A stretch of DNA of 64,000 nt from Candidatus Marinacidobacterales bacterium (GCA_965224085.1 CBDCYI010000004.1:781170-845169), one strand, 5' to 3'. Numbered from the stretch's first letter, positions 30,827 to 41,338 are shown. Numbers and translations are program-made. Notes: generated from the letters alone by a model not told the origin.

Positions 30827-31431
30827 CGCTCGATAACAGGGACGATCAGGTAGGACGGCCGATCGCGGTCGTGGTACACGGTCTGCTCCGCGACGAGACC
30901 TTTGGTCTCTTTGCCGATGGGGCCGCCCGTGTTCAAGTTCCGATCGAACTTCGGAAAGGCGCTCGAGGAGATCTCTAGGCGCAGGCGGTGTCCCTCCAAC
31001 CGTACACGTCGACCAGCACGATAAGACCCGCCCGTCGTCCCGACTTTCCCGCTCGACCACGACTGCTCGGCGCACCACGTTTGCGTGTCGTAGCCGTCTT
31101 CAGCCTCGTAGATGAACGGATAGAACTCTCCGTCCGATTCGCCGCGGCCGCGCACGTCTTGAACGACATAGGCGTAGCCGTGCGAGGCCCAAAACATTCA
31201 TCGAGACGCATAACCCGCCCTGGCGTTGTCATAGGGCGTGCGGACGAGGATGACAGGAAACGTCCCCGGGGCATCGGGCCGGTACACATCGGCGGAGAGA
31301 GTGCTTCCGTCGCGCATCGGAACCCGCTGGTCGTATTCCATCTTGACCGCGTATTCCGACGCAGCCCCGACTGACCCGACTGACCCGACCGCGACGCCAA
31401 GGAGAACGAGGAGAAGACGCGCGGGCGTCAC
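30823..31431 (-). pseudogene. Second CocE/NonD family hydrolase remnant (in-frame TGA plus a large internal deletion)
   Basis: Signal peptide + VPMRDGSTLSADVYRP...VILVRTPYD, then an in-frame TGA at 31198-31200, then HGYAYVVQDVRGRGESDGEF...GKVGTTGGSY, which fuses directly to the CocE C-terminal end motif (EISSSAFPKFDRNLNTGG...LIVPVI). About 200 codons in total. Confidence 0.55.
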
Positions 31432-31432
31432 G

Positions 31433-33331
31433 TTAGCTGCGCCGCGGCTCGTTTCGCGCTACAGAGAAAAAGTCGTGCCACTCGGAATCGGCGCCGCCAT
31501 AGTGGCGTTCGATGGCAACGTCCAAAAGGTAAGGACGTCCGTCCGCCACAGCACCGAGACAGCGGTCGAGCGCGGCCGTCAGTTCTTCGGGCTTTTCGAC
31601 ATGCTCGCCTTCGACACCGTAGCCCTTCGCGATCGAAACGTTGTCGATATCCGGAGAGCCGAGGGAGACGCCAACGTACTTCCCCGTCGCGGCGGCGCGT
31701 TTGCCGTAGGCGTCCAGGAACTTGCGGTTGGCCTGGTACTGACCGTTCCTGAAAATCACGACACCGATCGGCACTTCGTAGCGCACCGCGCTCCAGAGCG
31801 CTTGTACGCCGAATTGGAAGCTTCCGTCTCCGACGAGGGCAATGACTTGCTGATGCGGTTTGGCAATCTTCGCGCCGATAGCCGCCGCCACACCCCAGCC
31901 GAGCACCCCGCCACTCGATGTCAAGTTGCGGCGGCGGCGAGAGCTCGTGTGATCCATCTCGAGATAGGTCGACAAGTACGCCTCAGAAGTCACGAGCTCG
32001 CTCACGACGATGGCGTCCGGCTCGAGCTTGTTGCTGAGCTCTTTCATCAGCCGCTCGCACGCGATGGGCGCCTGGTCCCACTTCTCTGCCATGACCCGGT
32101 CGAGTCTCTCCCGCCGCGCTTGATGATACGCGACAACCCTCGACCTTCTTTCAGCGATCGCGGTCGTATTCAAGTTGCGGCTTTCGAGCTCTTCCATGAT
32201 GACGCGGGCCGCGACTTGGACGTTCGCCATCATAGGAACGTCCACGGGGTAGGTTCTTCCGATCTCCGCCGCGTCGAAGCCGGTGTGGAGTACTTTAGCG
32301 CTTCTTGGAACGACAGGCGTTTTTGGCAGCGCGCCCAAGGAGAACATCGTCCCGCCCGCGCTCCAATAAAGGTCGAATTTTTTCGGGTAGCTCGGATCTT
32401 CCGTGAACATCCCGGCGGAGTGCGGGTGCGTCGACGGGACGACATGGGGGCAATGGGCCACGTGCAGCTCTTTGAAGAGCGGCGCGCCGATGAGCTCCGC
32501 GATGCGAAGAAGCTCGTCCACGCCGCCGTAGCGGCTCACTTCCCGGCCCGCGGTGATGACGGGGAATTCGGCCGCCGTTAGAAGGTCACAAGCTTCCTGG
32601 ACGAGGTCGTCGCTCGGCGGGAGCTCCAGATGAAGCCCCGATCGCGCTTTGGGAACGATCTCGGCCGACGCTACCGTCTCCTCCCATAGATCCTTCGAGA
32701 ACGTCACGAAGGTCGGCCCGCCGGGCGGAACCGTCGCCAGCAGAAACGCCCGGCGCAGCACGTCGGGAATGGTCGACGCCGCCATCACGTCCCATGTCCA
32801 GCGCGTGTAGTCCTTTGGAAATTGATGGAGGTTCACCGCTTCCAGAAACGCGTTGGTGCCGCGGATCTCGGTTGCTTGACGGCCGACTGTGATCACGACG
32901 GGGATGCGGTCTTTGAAGGCGTTCACCATCGGTGCGAAGGCGTAGCCGGCGCCTGCCACCGAGTGCAAGTTAACGATCGGGATCTCGCCCGAGGCGCGCG
33001 CGTAGCCATCGGCCATCGACATCACGGAGCCTTCATGAAGGCTCTGCACATAGTGAAGCTCGAGCCGATCGACGAGCGCATCGAGAAATCCGACCTCCTC
33101 GGAGCCGCCCAGTCCGAAGACATACGGCACCTTCCAATCAAGCAGGAACTCGGCCATGAGCTCTCCGCCCGTCATGCCGTGCACAACCCGGCCGGGATCC
33201 TCGGTGGCGGCTTCCAAGCTCCTCGTGACGCCCGACGCCGCAGCGGAAGCGACCCCGACTTGGGCGAGCTGCCCCATGAAGGAACGACGGCCGATTTTCT
33301 TGTCCAGAAACAGACGCGCAGATTGCTTCAT
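31433..33331 (-). CDS. Thiamine-pyrophosphate-dependent enzyme (ALS/benzoylformate-decarboxylase-like) with an N-terminal twin-arginine (Tat) signal
   Basis: TPP_enzyme N/M/C domains (GLGGSEEVGFLDAL, GDGSFQF). N-terminus MKQSARLFLDKKIGRRSFMGQLAQVGVASAAASGV matches a Tat motif (RRxF) plus an h-region. Confidence 0.8.
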   Translation of the reverse strand: MKQSARLFLDKKIGRRSFMGQLAQVGVASAAASGVTRSLEAATEDPGRVVHGMTGGELMAEFLLDWKVPYVFGLGGSEEVGFLDALVDRLELHYVQSLHEGSVMSMADGYARASGEIPIVNLHSVAGAGYAFAPMVNAFKDRIPVVITVGRQATEIRGTNAFLEAVNLHQFPKDYTRWTWDVMAASTIPDVLRRAFLLATVPPGGPTFVTFSKDLWEETVASAEIVPKARSGLHLELPPSDDLVQEACDLLTAAEFPVITAGREVSRYGGVDELLRIAELIGAPLFKELHVAHCPHVVPSTHPHSAGMFTEDPSYPKKFDLYWSAGGTMFSLGALPKTPVVPRSAKVLHTGFDAAEIGRTYPVDVPMMANVQVAARVIMEELESRNLNTTAIAERRSRVVAYHQARRERLDRVMAEKWDQAPIACERLMKELSNKLEPDAIVVSELVTSEAYLSTYLEMDHTSSRRRRNLTSSGGVLGWGVAAAIGAKIAKPHQQVIALVGDGSFQFGVQALWSAVRYEVPIGVVIFRNGQYQANRKFLDAYGKRAAATGKYVGVSLGSPDIDNVSIAKGYGVEGEHVEKPEELTAALDRCLGAVADGRPYLLDVAIERHYGGADSEWHDFFSVARNEPRRS

Positions 33332-34188
33332 GACGTTTCTCCGAACTCTAGAATGACCCCACCCGCGCGCTCGGGGCGAACCCAGATACCCGCCTCCGAC
33401 GCATGCGGCGTCACGCCACTCCCTTCCAGAAACTTTCGTGTCTCGTCGACGCTATCAACGGCGAGCGTCACAAGTGCAACGGACGGCACCGCGGGCAGCA
33501 CGGCTTCGGGGTAGGTCTTAGCCATCGCACCGCGCTCGGTGATGGCGACATAGCCTTCGTCGAGCGAAAAATAGGGATAGCCGTCGACCGCGGTACCCCC
33601 AAGACCGGTACAGAACTCGAAACGCGCCGCGCTTTCCTCCGGGTTCTCGGAGCAGATCGTGATTCCGGAGAGCCCCACCACGCCATTCTTGTGTTTCAGA
33701 AGCTTCTTCTGCCACAGCACGCTCGGCGTCGCTTGCTCGATGAAGAAAAGCTCCGCCTCGGGAAAGGCTTTCCCGTCGAGATGAGCGATTCTGAACAGCC
33801 CTTCGCGCGTGCTCTGCCCATAGGGTACGTCCCGCCCCACCTCGACGGGTTTCTGAAGGCCGGGGGTGCGGTCTTTCCGCTCGGCATAGAACGCCGCCGC
33901 GTTCGCGCATCCGAGTGCTACGAGAGAGACCCCGTGAAAGCGGTCGAGAGCGGCTTTGAAATGCTCGTGGTAACGGTTAGGGTCGGTGAGACCTAGGATC
34001 TCGTAATAGCCTCGCTTGAACATCGCGCAGTGATTCCCCGAGCCCCAAGGCACGATGGGGCCGTCGGACGTCACGCGCCCTTTGTGCGAGCTCTCGCGTG
34101 TGAGCTGAAAGCCGAGCGTCTCGTAATCGTTCTTCGATTGTCCCAAGTCGGGCGTCACGAGCGCGACGTGATCGAGTGTGAGTTTCAT
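33328..34188 (-). CDS. VOC (glyoxalase/bleomycin-resistance/dioxygenase) family protein
   Basis: MKLTLDHVALVTPDLGQSKNDYETLGF...; start at the ATG 34186-34188; 4-nt overlaps with both neighbours. Confidence 0.7.
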   Translation of the reverse strand: MKLTLDHVALVTPDLGQSKNDYETLGFQLTRESSHKGRVTSDGPIVPWGSGNHCAMFKRGYYEILGLTDPNRYHEHFKAALDRFHGVSLVALGCANAAAFYAERKDRTPGLQKPVEVGRDVPYGQSTREGLFRIAHLDGKAFPEAELFFIEQATPSVLWQKKLLKHKNGVVGLSGITICSENPEESAARFEFCTGLGGTAVDGYPYFSLDEGYVAITERGAMAKTYPEAVLPAVPSVALVTLAVDSVDETRKFLEGSGVTPHASEAGIWVRPERAGGVILEFGETS

Positions 34189-35753
34189 GGGCGTTTCCCA
34201 GCTTTTGCTATCCCTGTTCCCAGTGTTTGTTGAAGCTCGCGCTGAACGATCCCGCGGTCGACTTTTCCGACTCCGTTGAGCGGCAGATGGTCGACGATCA
34301 CGATGCGACGAGGATGCGCGTAAGCGGGACCGTTCGCGAGACAAAAGCTTTTCAAAGTTTCCTCATCGATCAACGCGGCGTCTTCCCGTCGCATCGCCAT
34401 CGCCACCGGCACGTGACCTTTCACCGGATGCCCGACGGGCACGACCGCGGCATCATAGACATCGGGATGAGACAGTAAGAGATCTTCGACCTCTTTCGGG
34501 TAGATGTTCTCGCCGCCGCAGTTGAACATATCATCGGTGCGTCCCTTGAAATAAAAAAAACCCTCCTCGTCGCGCGCAAACAAATCACCCGTCGCGAGCC
34601 AACCGTCCCGGATCCGCTCATGGTTGAGCTCGGGCAAGTTGTGGTAGCCGGGCGTGACCCCGGGATTCTTGACCAAAAGCTCGCCTTCGTGAGGCTGCTC
34701 CGTCCCGTTCGCGTCGACGAGCTTGACCTCCCCCTCGGGCCACGCCACCCCGCAGCTTCCAAAAGGCACTCCGCGGCCATCGAGAGGCGGCCCAATCATC
34801 ACCGGTCCGCCTTCGGTTAGTCCATAACTTTCAGACACTTTGACACCGAAGGCGTCGCGCACCGCAAGCAAGAGCTCTTTTTGCGCTGGGGCGGAGCCCA
34901 GGCTGAACGATTCGAGCTTCGAGAAGTCGAGTTCTTCGATGAGGTCGTCGTGCTGCAAGAGCTTCGTGAAGACGGCCGGCACGGCACCCGCCTGGGTGCA
35001 GCCATATGCGGAGAGCGTTCTCAGAAATCGCCGGGGCTCGAAGTCTTCAAGCAGCACCACCGTCCCGCCGCTTTGAAGAAGCGGCTTGATGGCGCCCACC
35101 ATAGCGTTTTTGTGATAGAGCGGCACGGCAGCCGCCCACGCGTTCGATTTTTCCGGCCAGTACTTCTCGAGGCACCGGATCCACCAGAGCTGCCCTCCAT
35201 GGGTGAGGACGACGCCTTTGGGTTTTCCGGTCGAGCCAGAAGTGTAGGGCTGGAACGACGGGTGGCCGTCGTCGATCGCGAGGGGCTCGAAATGCGCGTC
35301 TGCGCTCCGGAGGGTCTCTTCGTAGTCGAGCCAGCCCGCCGGTATCGGCTCGAAGGAAAGCCGATGCGGAAGCGCGAGCGCGTCGACGACATCCACGATG
35401 AAGCGATTGCATGAAGGCTCGACGAAAGCGGCGACGGCGGACGCATCCTGCAAAACGTAGTCGAGCGTTTCGCGGCCGAGCTTCGTGTTCAGCGGCACGG
35501 GCACGAGACCCGCGCGCATCGCACCATACATGATCTCGACGAACTCGACCCGGTTTCCAATGGCCATCGCCACCCGATCGCCCAGAGAGAGACCGCGCGC
35601 CGCAAGCAGGTTGGCAACGCGATCCATCCGCTCGTCGATCTCCCGATAGCGCAGCTCGCGCGGTAGGTCTCGAGAAAGATCAATTATGGCGAGGCGCTCG
35701 GGATAACGCTCGACGGCGCGGGAGCACCAGTAACCCAAGTTATTCACACGCAC
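34185..35753 (-). CDS. AMP-dependent synthetase/ligase (acyl-CoA synthetase)
   Basis: AMP-binding motifs PYTSGSTGKPKGVVLTH, TGDLF, and KGRTDDM. Start assigned to the GTG at 35751-35753; the 717-aa ORF's N-terminal 190 aa is unrelated sequence from an SBP remnant. Confidence 0.75.
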   Translation of the reverse strand: MRVNNLGYWCSRAVERYPERLAIIDLSRDLPRELRYREIDERMDRVANLLAARGLSLGDRVAMAIGNRVEFVEIMYGAMRAGLVPVPLNTKLGRETLDYVLQDASAVAAFVEPSCNRFIVDVVDALALPHRLSFEPIPAGWLDYEETLRSADAHFEPLAIDDGHPSFQPYTSGSTGKPKGVVLTHGGQLWWIRCLEKYWPEKSNAWAAAVPLYHKNAMVGAIKPLLQSGGTVVLLEDFEPRRFLRTLSAYGCTQAGAVPAVFTKLLQHDDLIEELDFSKLESFSLGSAPAQKELLLAVRDAFGVKVSESYGLTEGGPVMIGPPLDGRGVPFGSCGVAWPEGEVKLVDANGTEQPHEGELLVKNPGVTPGYHNLPELNHERIRDGWLATGDLFARDEEGFFYFKGRTDDMFNCGGENIYPKEVEDLLLSHPDVYDAAVVPVGHPVKGHVPVAMAMRREDAALIDEETLKSFCLANGPAYAHPRRIVIVDHLPLNGVGKVDRGIVQRELQQTLGTGIAKAGKRP

Positions 35754-35759
35754 GCTAGA

Positions 35760-36812
35760 ATCTTCACCATCATCGACCTCGAACACGTGACGTATTTCGA
35801 TAGCTTGGCGATTGGGCTTCTCATCGCCCACTACATCTCTGTCAGCCAGCGCGGAGGCCGCGTCCTTCTCTTGAAGGCCGATGAAAAGATCCGCATCCTG
35901 ATGAGGATGACGCGTCTCGAGGATCGATTCGCGTGGGTCACGGATTTGGAGGAAGCGCTGCGCACGGTCGAGGAAACGGGATTGGCTCGACCTGACCCGC
36001 AAAGCGACAGCCGATGAGGTCAGTTTCCGACACGGCGCTCGAGCGCGTGGAAGCGTGCGCTCGAGCGCAGCACGTCGAGCCTCGGGTCGACGGCCATTCC
36101 ACGAGGTCTGATTCCTCGTCGTCGAAGGCGCGCTCGAGCCAATCGAGATCGCCGTCTCGTAGCTCGGCACGATCAGAAAATCGACGTCGATGCTCGGACG
36201 CCCTCCCCAGTACTCATCGTGCACCGCAAGCCGCACGACCTGGCCCCGACGCCATTCCATGAAAGAGAACGGACCCGTGCCCGCCGAGACTTTGCTCGGC
36301 CAGTCTTCGCCGTGCTCGTCGAAGACTCCACGATCCATGATGTAAATCGGACAGATCGGAAGAGAACCTCCGCCTCACGAAATCGCACGTCTAACGTGAG
36401 CTCGTCGACTACGGTAACCCCCGAAAGCTCCTCGGTCTCACCGCTTTGAACCGCACCCGCCCCCTCGATAGAAGCCGCATATTTCGCGTTCAACCCGCCG
36501 CGGTTTCCAGGAATGAGCAGTTGCTCGAGCGACCACTTGACGTCCGCTGCGCTCAAGATGCGGCCGCTTTTGAAACGAGACACGCGCACGCAGATGAAAG
36601 CGAAACCCGCGGTTGTCGTCGTGAGCCTCCCAAGACGTCGCCAAGAACGGCACAACATTGCCGTCCGCATCGAGCCCCGAAAAACTCTCGTACATGTTCC
36701 CAGCCAGAAGCTCGAAATAGGTGATGGGGTCGATCATGGCTGGATCCGCCTTGAGATTAGTCCGCAGAATATTCCAGATGGTAGATCCGACAATCCCCCA
36801 AACACCCTGCAA
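35760..36812 (-). pseudogene. Remnant of a family-5 periplasmic solute-binding protein (Dpp/Opp-type), frameshifted and 3'-truncated
   Basis: Successive SBP_bac_5 segments lie in three frames: DPITYFELLAGNMYESFSGLDADGNVVPFLATSWEAHDDNRGFRFHLR / SAADVKWSLEQLLIPG...VTVVDELTLDVRF / AGTGPFSFMEWRRGQVVRLAVHDEYWGGRPSIDVDFLIVP. No signal peptide and no C-terminal half. Confidence 0.5.
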
Positions 36813-36866
36813 GCATCAGAGAGCACGAGAGAGCCGATAGCAGATAGCGGGTCACCGAAATACCGT

Positions 36867-38147
36867 TCAATCCGTCAGGCTCTGCGTCTCCTGAGCCACG
36901 CGCTCGACCTCGCGCCAGACGCGCAGCAAGTTACCGCTCCAAAACTGCGCGATCTGCTCCTCGGCGTAGCCGCGCCGGACGAGCTCGAGAGTCACGTTGA
37001 AGGTCTCGCTCGCGTCGTTCCAGCCTTCGATGCCGCCGCCGCCGTCGAAATCCGAGCTGATGCCGACATGGTCCGCGCCCATGATCTCGACCGCGTGGTC
37101 GATGTGGTCGACGAAGTCCTGGACGGTGGCCGGCGGCCACTGCTCGTCGAGCTCCGCGCGGCTGGCGATGAGCTCTGCGCGCTTCTCGTCGGAAAGCTCC
37201 GAGAGACTCCCCATCGACGAGATGCCGAACTCCGCGAAAAGCTCGTCCATTGCCGCCCGTTTTTCGGGCGGGTTGTTGACGTAAGAACCGAGCGCGACCG
37301 TCTGCATGACGCCGCCATTTTCCGCGAGGGCGCGAAGTTGCTCGTCATCCATGTTGCGCGGATGGTCGGCGAGTGCTTTGGTGCTCGAGTGCGAAGCGAT
37401 CGCGGGCGCTTTCGACAGCCGCACCGCGTCGAGCATCGCGGCCTTAGAGATGTGCGACACGTCCACCATGATCCCGAGGCGGTTCATCTCGGCGATGACT
37501 TCCTCGCCAAAACCACTCACCCCGTCATGCTCCGATTCTGCATCGCCGAAATTCTCGCGCGGTGTAGACGAGTCCGCGATGTCGTTGTGGCCGCCATGGG
37601 CGAGCGTGATGTAGCGCGCGCCGAGCTCGTGATACTTCTCGAGCAGACTCAAATCCTTCCCGATGACATAGCCGTTCTCGATCCCGATCGTGGCGACGAG
37701 CTTTCCCGATTCGTAGATACGGACGACATCATCGGCGGTATAGGCGAACTCGATCCGATCGGGATACATGTCATCGGCCATACGGTGGATGGCGTTGAAT
37801 TTCGTCATCGCATCCCGCTTCGCCTTTTCGTAGTTCTCCGGCGTACGGGCCGTCTGCCCCACATAGACGATGAAGAAGGCCGCGTTCAGACCGCCCTCTT
37901 CCATTTTCGGGAGATCGACTTTGAAGTCGCCGCGGACACCTGGATCGACTTCCTCGGTGGCGTAGTTGCTCGGGATGTCAACATGCGTGTCGAGGGTCAA
38001 CACGCGATCGTGGATCCCGCGCGCTCGCTCGACGAGCTCGGCTTCGGATTCGGCGGTGTCGGCCGCAGACGCCTCGGTGCTATCCGTGGGCCGGCAGGCG
38101 ACCAAAAAAGTGAGGACGAAAAGGGCCAAAAATAGCTTGGTTGTCAT
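36867..38147 (-). CDS. Membrane dipeptidase (peptidase family M19), lipoprotein
   Basis: Lipobox LVAC; M19 motifs LDTHVDIP, HGGHNDI, and VSHIS. Confidence 0.85.
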   Translation of the reverse strand: MTTKLFLALFVLTFLVACRPTDSTEASAADTAESEAELVERARGIHDRVLTLDTHVDIPSNYATEEVDPGVRGDFKVDLPKMEEGGLNAAFFIVYVGQTARTPENYEKAKRDAMTKFNAIHRMADDMYPDRIEFAYTADDVVRIYESGKLVATIGIENGYVIGKDLSLLEKYHELGARYITLAHGGHNDIADSSTPRENFGDAESEHDGVSGFGEEVIAEMNRLGIMVDVSHISKAAMLDAVRLSKAPAIASHSSTKALADHPRNMDDEQLRALAENGGVMQTVALGSYVNNPPEKRAAMDELFAEFGISSMGSLSELSDEKRAELIASRAELDEQWPPATVQDFVDHIDHAVEIMGADHVGISSDFDGGGGIEGWNDASETFNVTLELVRRGYAEEQIAQFWSGNLLRVWREVERVAQETQSLTD

Positions 38148-38208
38148 AACGCGCTCCTATGATAGGAGCGAGTTTATCATGACGCCGGCACGACAGAGAC
38201 GCCGCGTG

Positions 38209-38448
38209 CTAGAGGATGTCTTTGAGCTTCAGGCCTTCGTCGCGCAGATAGGTAAGGAGGCCCTTTTTGTCGATTGTGCGAAGCGCTCGTGTGGAGAGCC
38301 GTATGCGGACGGTCCGGTCGAGCTCGGGGATGTAGATGCGCTTCCACTGAAGGTTGGGAAGCTGCCGACGCCGCGTCTTGTTATGAGCGTGGGAAACATT
38401 ATTCCCCGCCATGGGGCCTTTGCCGGTGAGCTTGCACTTGCGGGACAT
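38209..38448 (-). CDS. rpmB: 50S ribosomal protein L28
   Basis: MSRKCKLTGKGPMAGNNVSHAHNKTRRRQLPNLQ matches the L28 consensus. Confidence 0.85.
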   Translation of the reverse strand: MSRKCKLTGKGPMAGNNVSHAHNKTRRRQLPNLQWKRIYIPELDRTVRIRLSTRALRTIDKKGLLTYLRDEGLKLKDIL

Positions 38449-38623
38449 TTTCTCGAACTCCTTACGTCAACAAACATACTAGTATACTTGTTTCCGCCTC
38501 GCACACACAAGGCGGGGACATTGCGAAGACGGAGGAGTTCATGTTCGGGATGAAACCAAGGGGTCAGCGCGAGCCGGAGCGCGATTTGGGCTTCGGGTCC
38601 GCCCTACCGTCGCCTTCAGTCGC

Positions 38624-38998
38624 ATGGTGGAAGAAGACGGGCGCTGCATCCGCCGTTTCTACCCGCTAGCGCTCGAGCGGCAGAAAGTCGTTTTCTTCCC
38701 TCTTGCGTGGACCATCGTCCATCCCATCAACAGGGACAGCCCGATCTACGACCTGACGAGCGAAGAGTGCATCCGCTCGGATGCCGAGATTCTCGTGCTC
38801 CTCAAAGGGATCGACGAGACGTTCTCCCAAACGGTGCACGCGCGCTCGTCCTACATCGCCGAGGAGATCCTGTGGAGCTCCAAGTTCTCGGATCTATACC
38901 TGCGCGAAGGCGAGCACATCGTCGGGATCGACCTCGGCCGGCTGAGTGATTTCGAGCGCGCTACGGCCCTTATGGCCACTACTGCCACTACTGAATAA
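38624..38998 (+). pseudogene. Isolated C-terminal cytoplasmic-domain fragment of an inward-rectifier (Kir/KirBac-type) K+ channel
   Basis: FFPLAWTIVHPINRDSPIYDLTSEE...ILVLLKGIDETFSQTVHARSSYIAEEILWSSKF...IVGIDLGRL aligns with the Kir2 stretch [21 protein letters not shown]...QCRSSYLANEILWGHRYEP...KVDYSRF. There is no transmembrane/pore region upstream; rpmB lies 175 bp away on the other strand. Confidence 0.5.
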
Positions 38999-41329
38999 TG
39001 ACGAGCGGAATCGCACTTTCACGCACGAGCGTGTTGAACGCGTCGAGCTCGGCACCGAGCAACGGATTGAGCTTCGCCTTCTGCCCGTCCCACTGCGCTT
39101 TCAAATCGGCGTAGCGCTCGCGGGCGCCGTCGATGACGCCGACTTCGGAGCCGTCCACCGCCCCTCTCAAATAAGTGAAGTGGTGATTCAGACGCGATGG
39201 AAAATTGATCACCGTCTGACCGTCGACCGTGCGCTTTTGGATGAGCGCGCCCTCGACTTCCGTCAGCTTCTCGACAAGCGCGTTGCCTGCTTCCTCGATC
39301 GCCCCGCCGCCCTCTTCCTCTTTCGCACGTGAGACGAAGTCTTCGATCTGCTCGCGCACGTCCCGCAGCCGGTTGACCGAGCCATGTAGAGCGGAAATCG
39401 TTTCTTCGATCTCCGCGAGCAGCCTGTCTTGAGCCTCGAAGTCGGCGAGCGTCGTATCGACACGCGGATCCTTGACAACCTCGAAAGACTTCGTGCGGGT
39501 CTCGTCCCCGACCGTGAGCTTCACCTGATACGTCCCCGGGACGACTTTGCGCCCACGCAGGGAGCCGAAGATGTAGAGGCCAGGGACGCGCTCGGGTGTT
39601 TCATGACGCAGATCCCACGACGTGCGGTTCATGCCCTTCTCGATCTCGAGCTTCGCGCCGTCCTCCTCGGAGTCCTCCTCGGAATCCTCTTCGGCGTCCG
39701 TCGCGTAGGTGCGGATCGTCGCGCCGGAGGCATCGAGTATCTCGATCTTGGCCTTCGCGTCCTCGTCGACTTCGGCGACGATGAAATCGATAACGGCACC
39801 GTTCGGCGGGTTCTTACCGACGTTCGGTGTGGTTCGAGAGCCGCCTTGCTGGACGCGATAAGCGAGCCGCAGCGTGAAGAGGTGCACCGAAGCGTCACCG
39901 GCCTCGCTCATCTGCTGGAGCGGCGACAAGTCGTCGAGGATCCAAAACGCGCGGCCTTGCGTGGCCGCAACGAGATCGTTGTCCCGCGCCTGAACGATCA
40001 GATCCGTAATGGGCACGACAGGAAGTTTGAGCTGCAAGGACTGCCAGCTCTCGCCGTCGTCGAACGATACATGAATCCCGGTCTCCGTCCCCATATAGAG
40101 GAGGCCGCGCCGCTTCGGGTCTTCTCGAATCACGCGAACCCAGTCCTCCTCGGCGATGCCGTTCGTGATGGCCGTCCAGCTTTCGCCGTAGTCGTTCGTT
40201 TTGAAAGCGAGTGGCGTGAAGTCGTTGAACTTGTACTTCGTGACCGCGACATAGGCCGCGGCCGGGTCGTGCGGTGACGCTTCGATCGCGTTAATCATCG
40301 CCTCACCGATGCCCGGCGGCGTAACGTTTAACCAACTCCCGCCGCCATCGCGCGTGACGTGGACGAGGCCGTCATCGCTACCCGTCCAAATCGTAGACGC
40401 CGCGTGGGGCGACTCCGCAACGTAGAAAATCGTGCCGTAGATCTCGCCGCCCGCACCTTCGTTCGTGATCGGCCCGCCGCCCCGGCCTACAGGCCTCCGT
40501 CCGGATCGGCTTCTACGAGCGCATAGAGGCGATCCGGATCGGCGGAAACGGAGATGCTCATCTTGCCCTTGAGCTCTGGAAAGCCCGTTTCGGGATCCGC
40601 GCCAATCTCCTCCCACGTTTCACCGCTGTCGGTGGATTTGTGGAGCCCGCTCCCTTCGCCGCCGCTGTGAACTTCCCACGGCGTGCGCGGGTGATCCCAA
40701 CACGCCGCATAGAGGATGCGCGGGTTGGTGGGATCCATCGCGAGATCGGATGCTCCTGCGGTTTCACCGATGTAGAGAACGTGATCCCAGGTCGCGCCGC
40801 CATCGGTCGAGCTATAGATGCCGCGCTCTTCGGTGGGCCCGTAAGGCGCACCTTGCACCGCGACGTAGACGCGATCGGGATCCGTCGGATGGACCCGGAT
40901 GCGCGAGATCGCGCGGGAGTGCTTTAGGCCCATATGCGTCCACGTCCGTCCAGCATCCGTCGACTTGTAGACGCCGTCGCGATGAGACGTCATCACGCCA
41001 CGAATAGCGTGCTCGCCCATACCCACATAAATAACGTTGGGATCGGAATCGGCGACGGTAATGGCGCCGACGGAGGACGTGTTCAAGAAACCGTCGGTGA
41101 TGTTAGTCCACGTCACTCCGCTATCGGTCGTTTTCCAAACGCCTCCGCCGACGCCTCCGAAATAGAAAACACCCGGCTGCGACGGCACACCGGTGGACGC
41201 GTTAGAGCGCCCCCCGCGAAACGGGCCGATATTGCGCCACTCCATCGCCTGGAAGTGCTTCGGGTCCACGTTCTCGGCCGCCTCGAGCGTGACCGAAACA
41301 AACCACAACAAAAGGACGCGTCGTAGCAC
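38988..41329 (-). pseudogene. BNR/sortilin (Vps10)-like beta-propeller protein, split by a frameshift near 40478-40500
   Basis: N-part [11 protein letters not shown]...[13 protein letters not shown] with BNR repeats (40487-41329); C-part continues the propeller in another frame (38988-40616); includes a [14 protein letters not shown] acidic repeat. Confidence 0.65.
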
Positions 41330-41338
41330 TTTGTGCTC

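Noticed and set aside
31198-31200. In-frame TGA in the CocE remnant as selenocysteine
   Set aside because: The gene is otherwise grossly deleted, there is no plausible SECIS context, and a TGG to TGA nonsense change explains it more simply.
31238-32581. 447-aa plus-strand ORF overlapping the TPP enzyme gene
   Set aside because: It is antisense to a well-supported TPP-enzyme CDS and has Arg-rich composition with no conserved motifs.
36513-38135. 540-aa plus-strand ORF opposite the M19 dipeptidase
   Set aside because: It is antisense to a gene with clear family motifs; low complexity; no domain.
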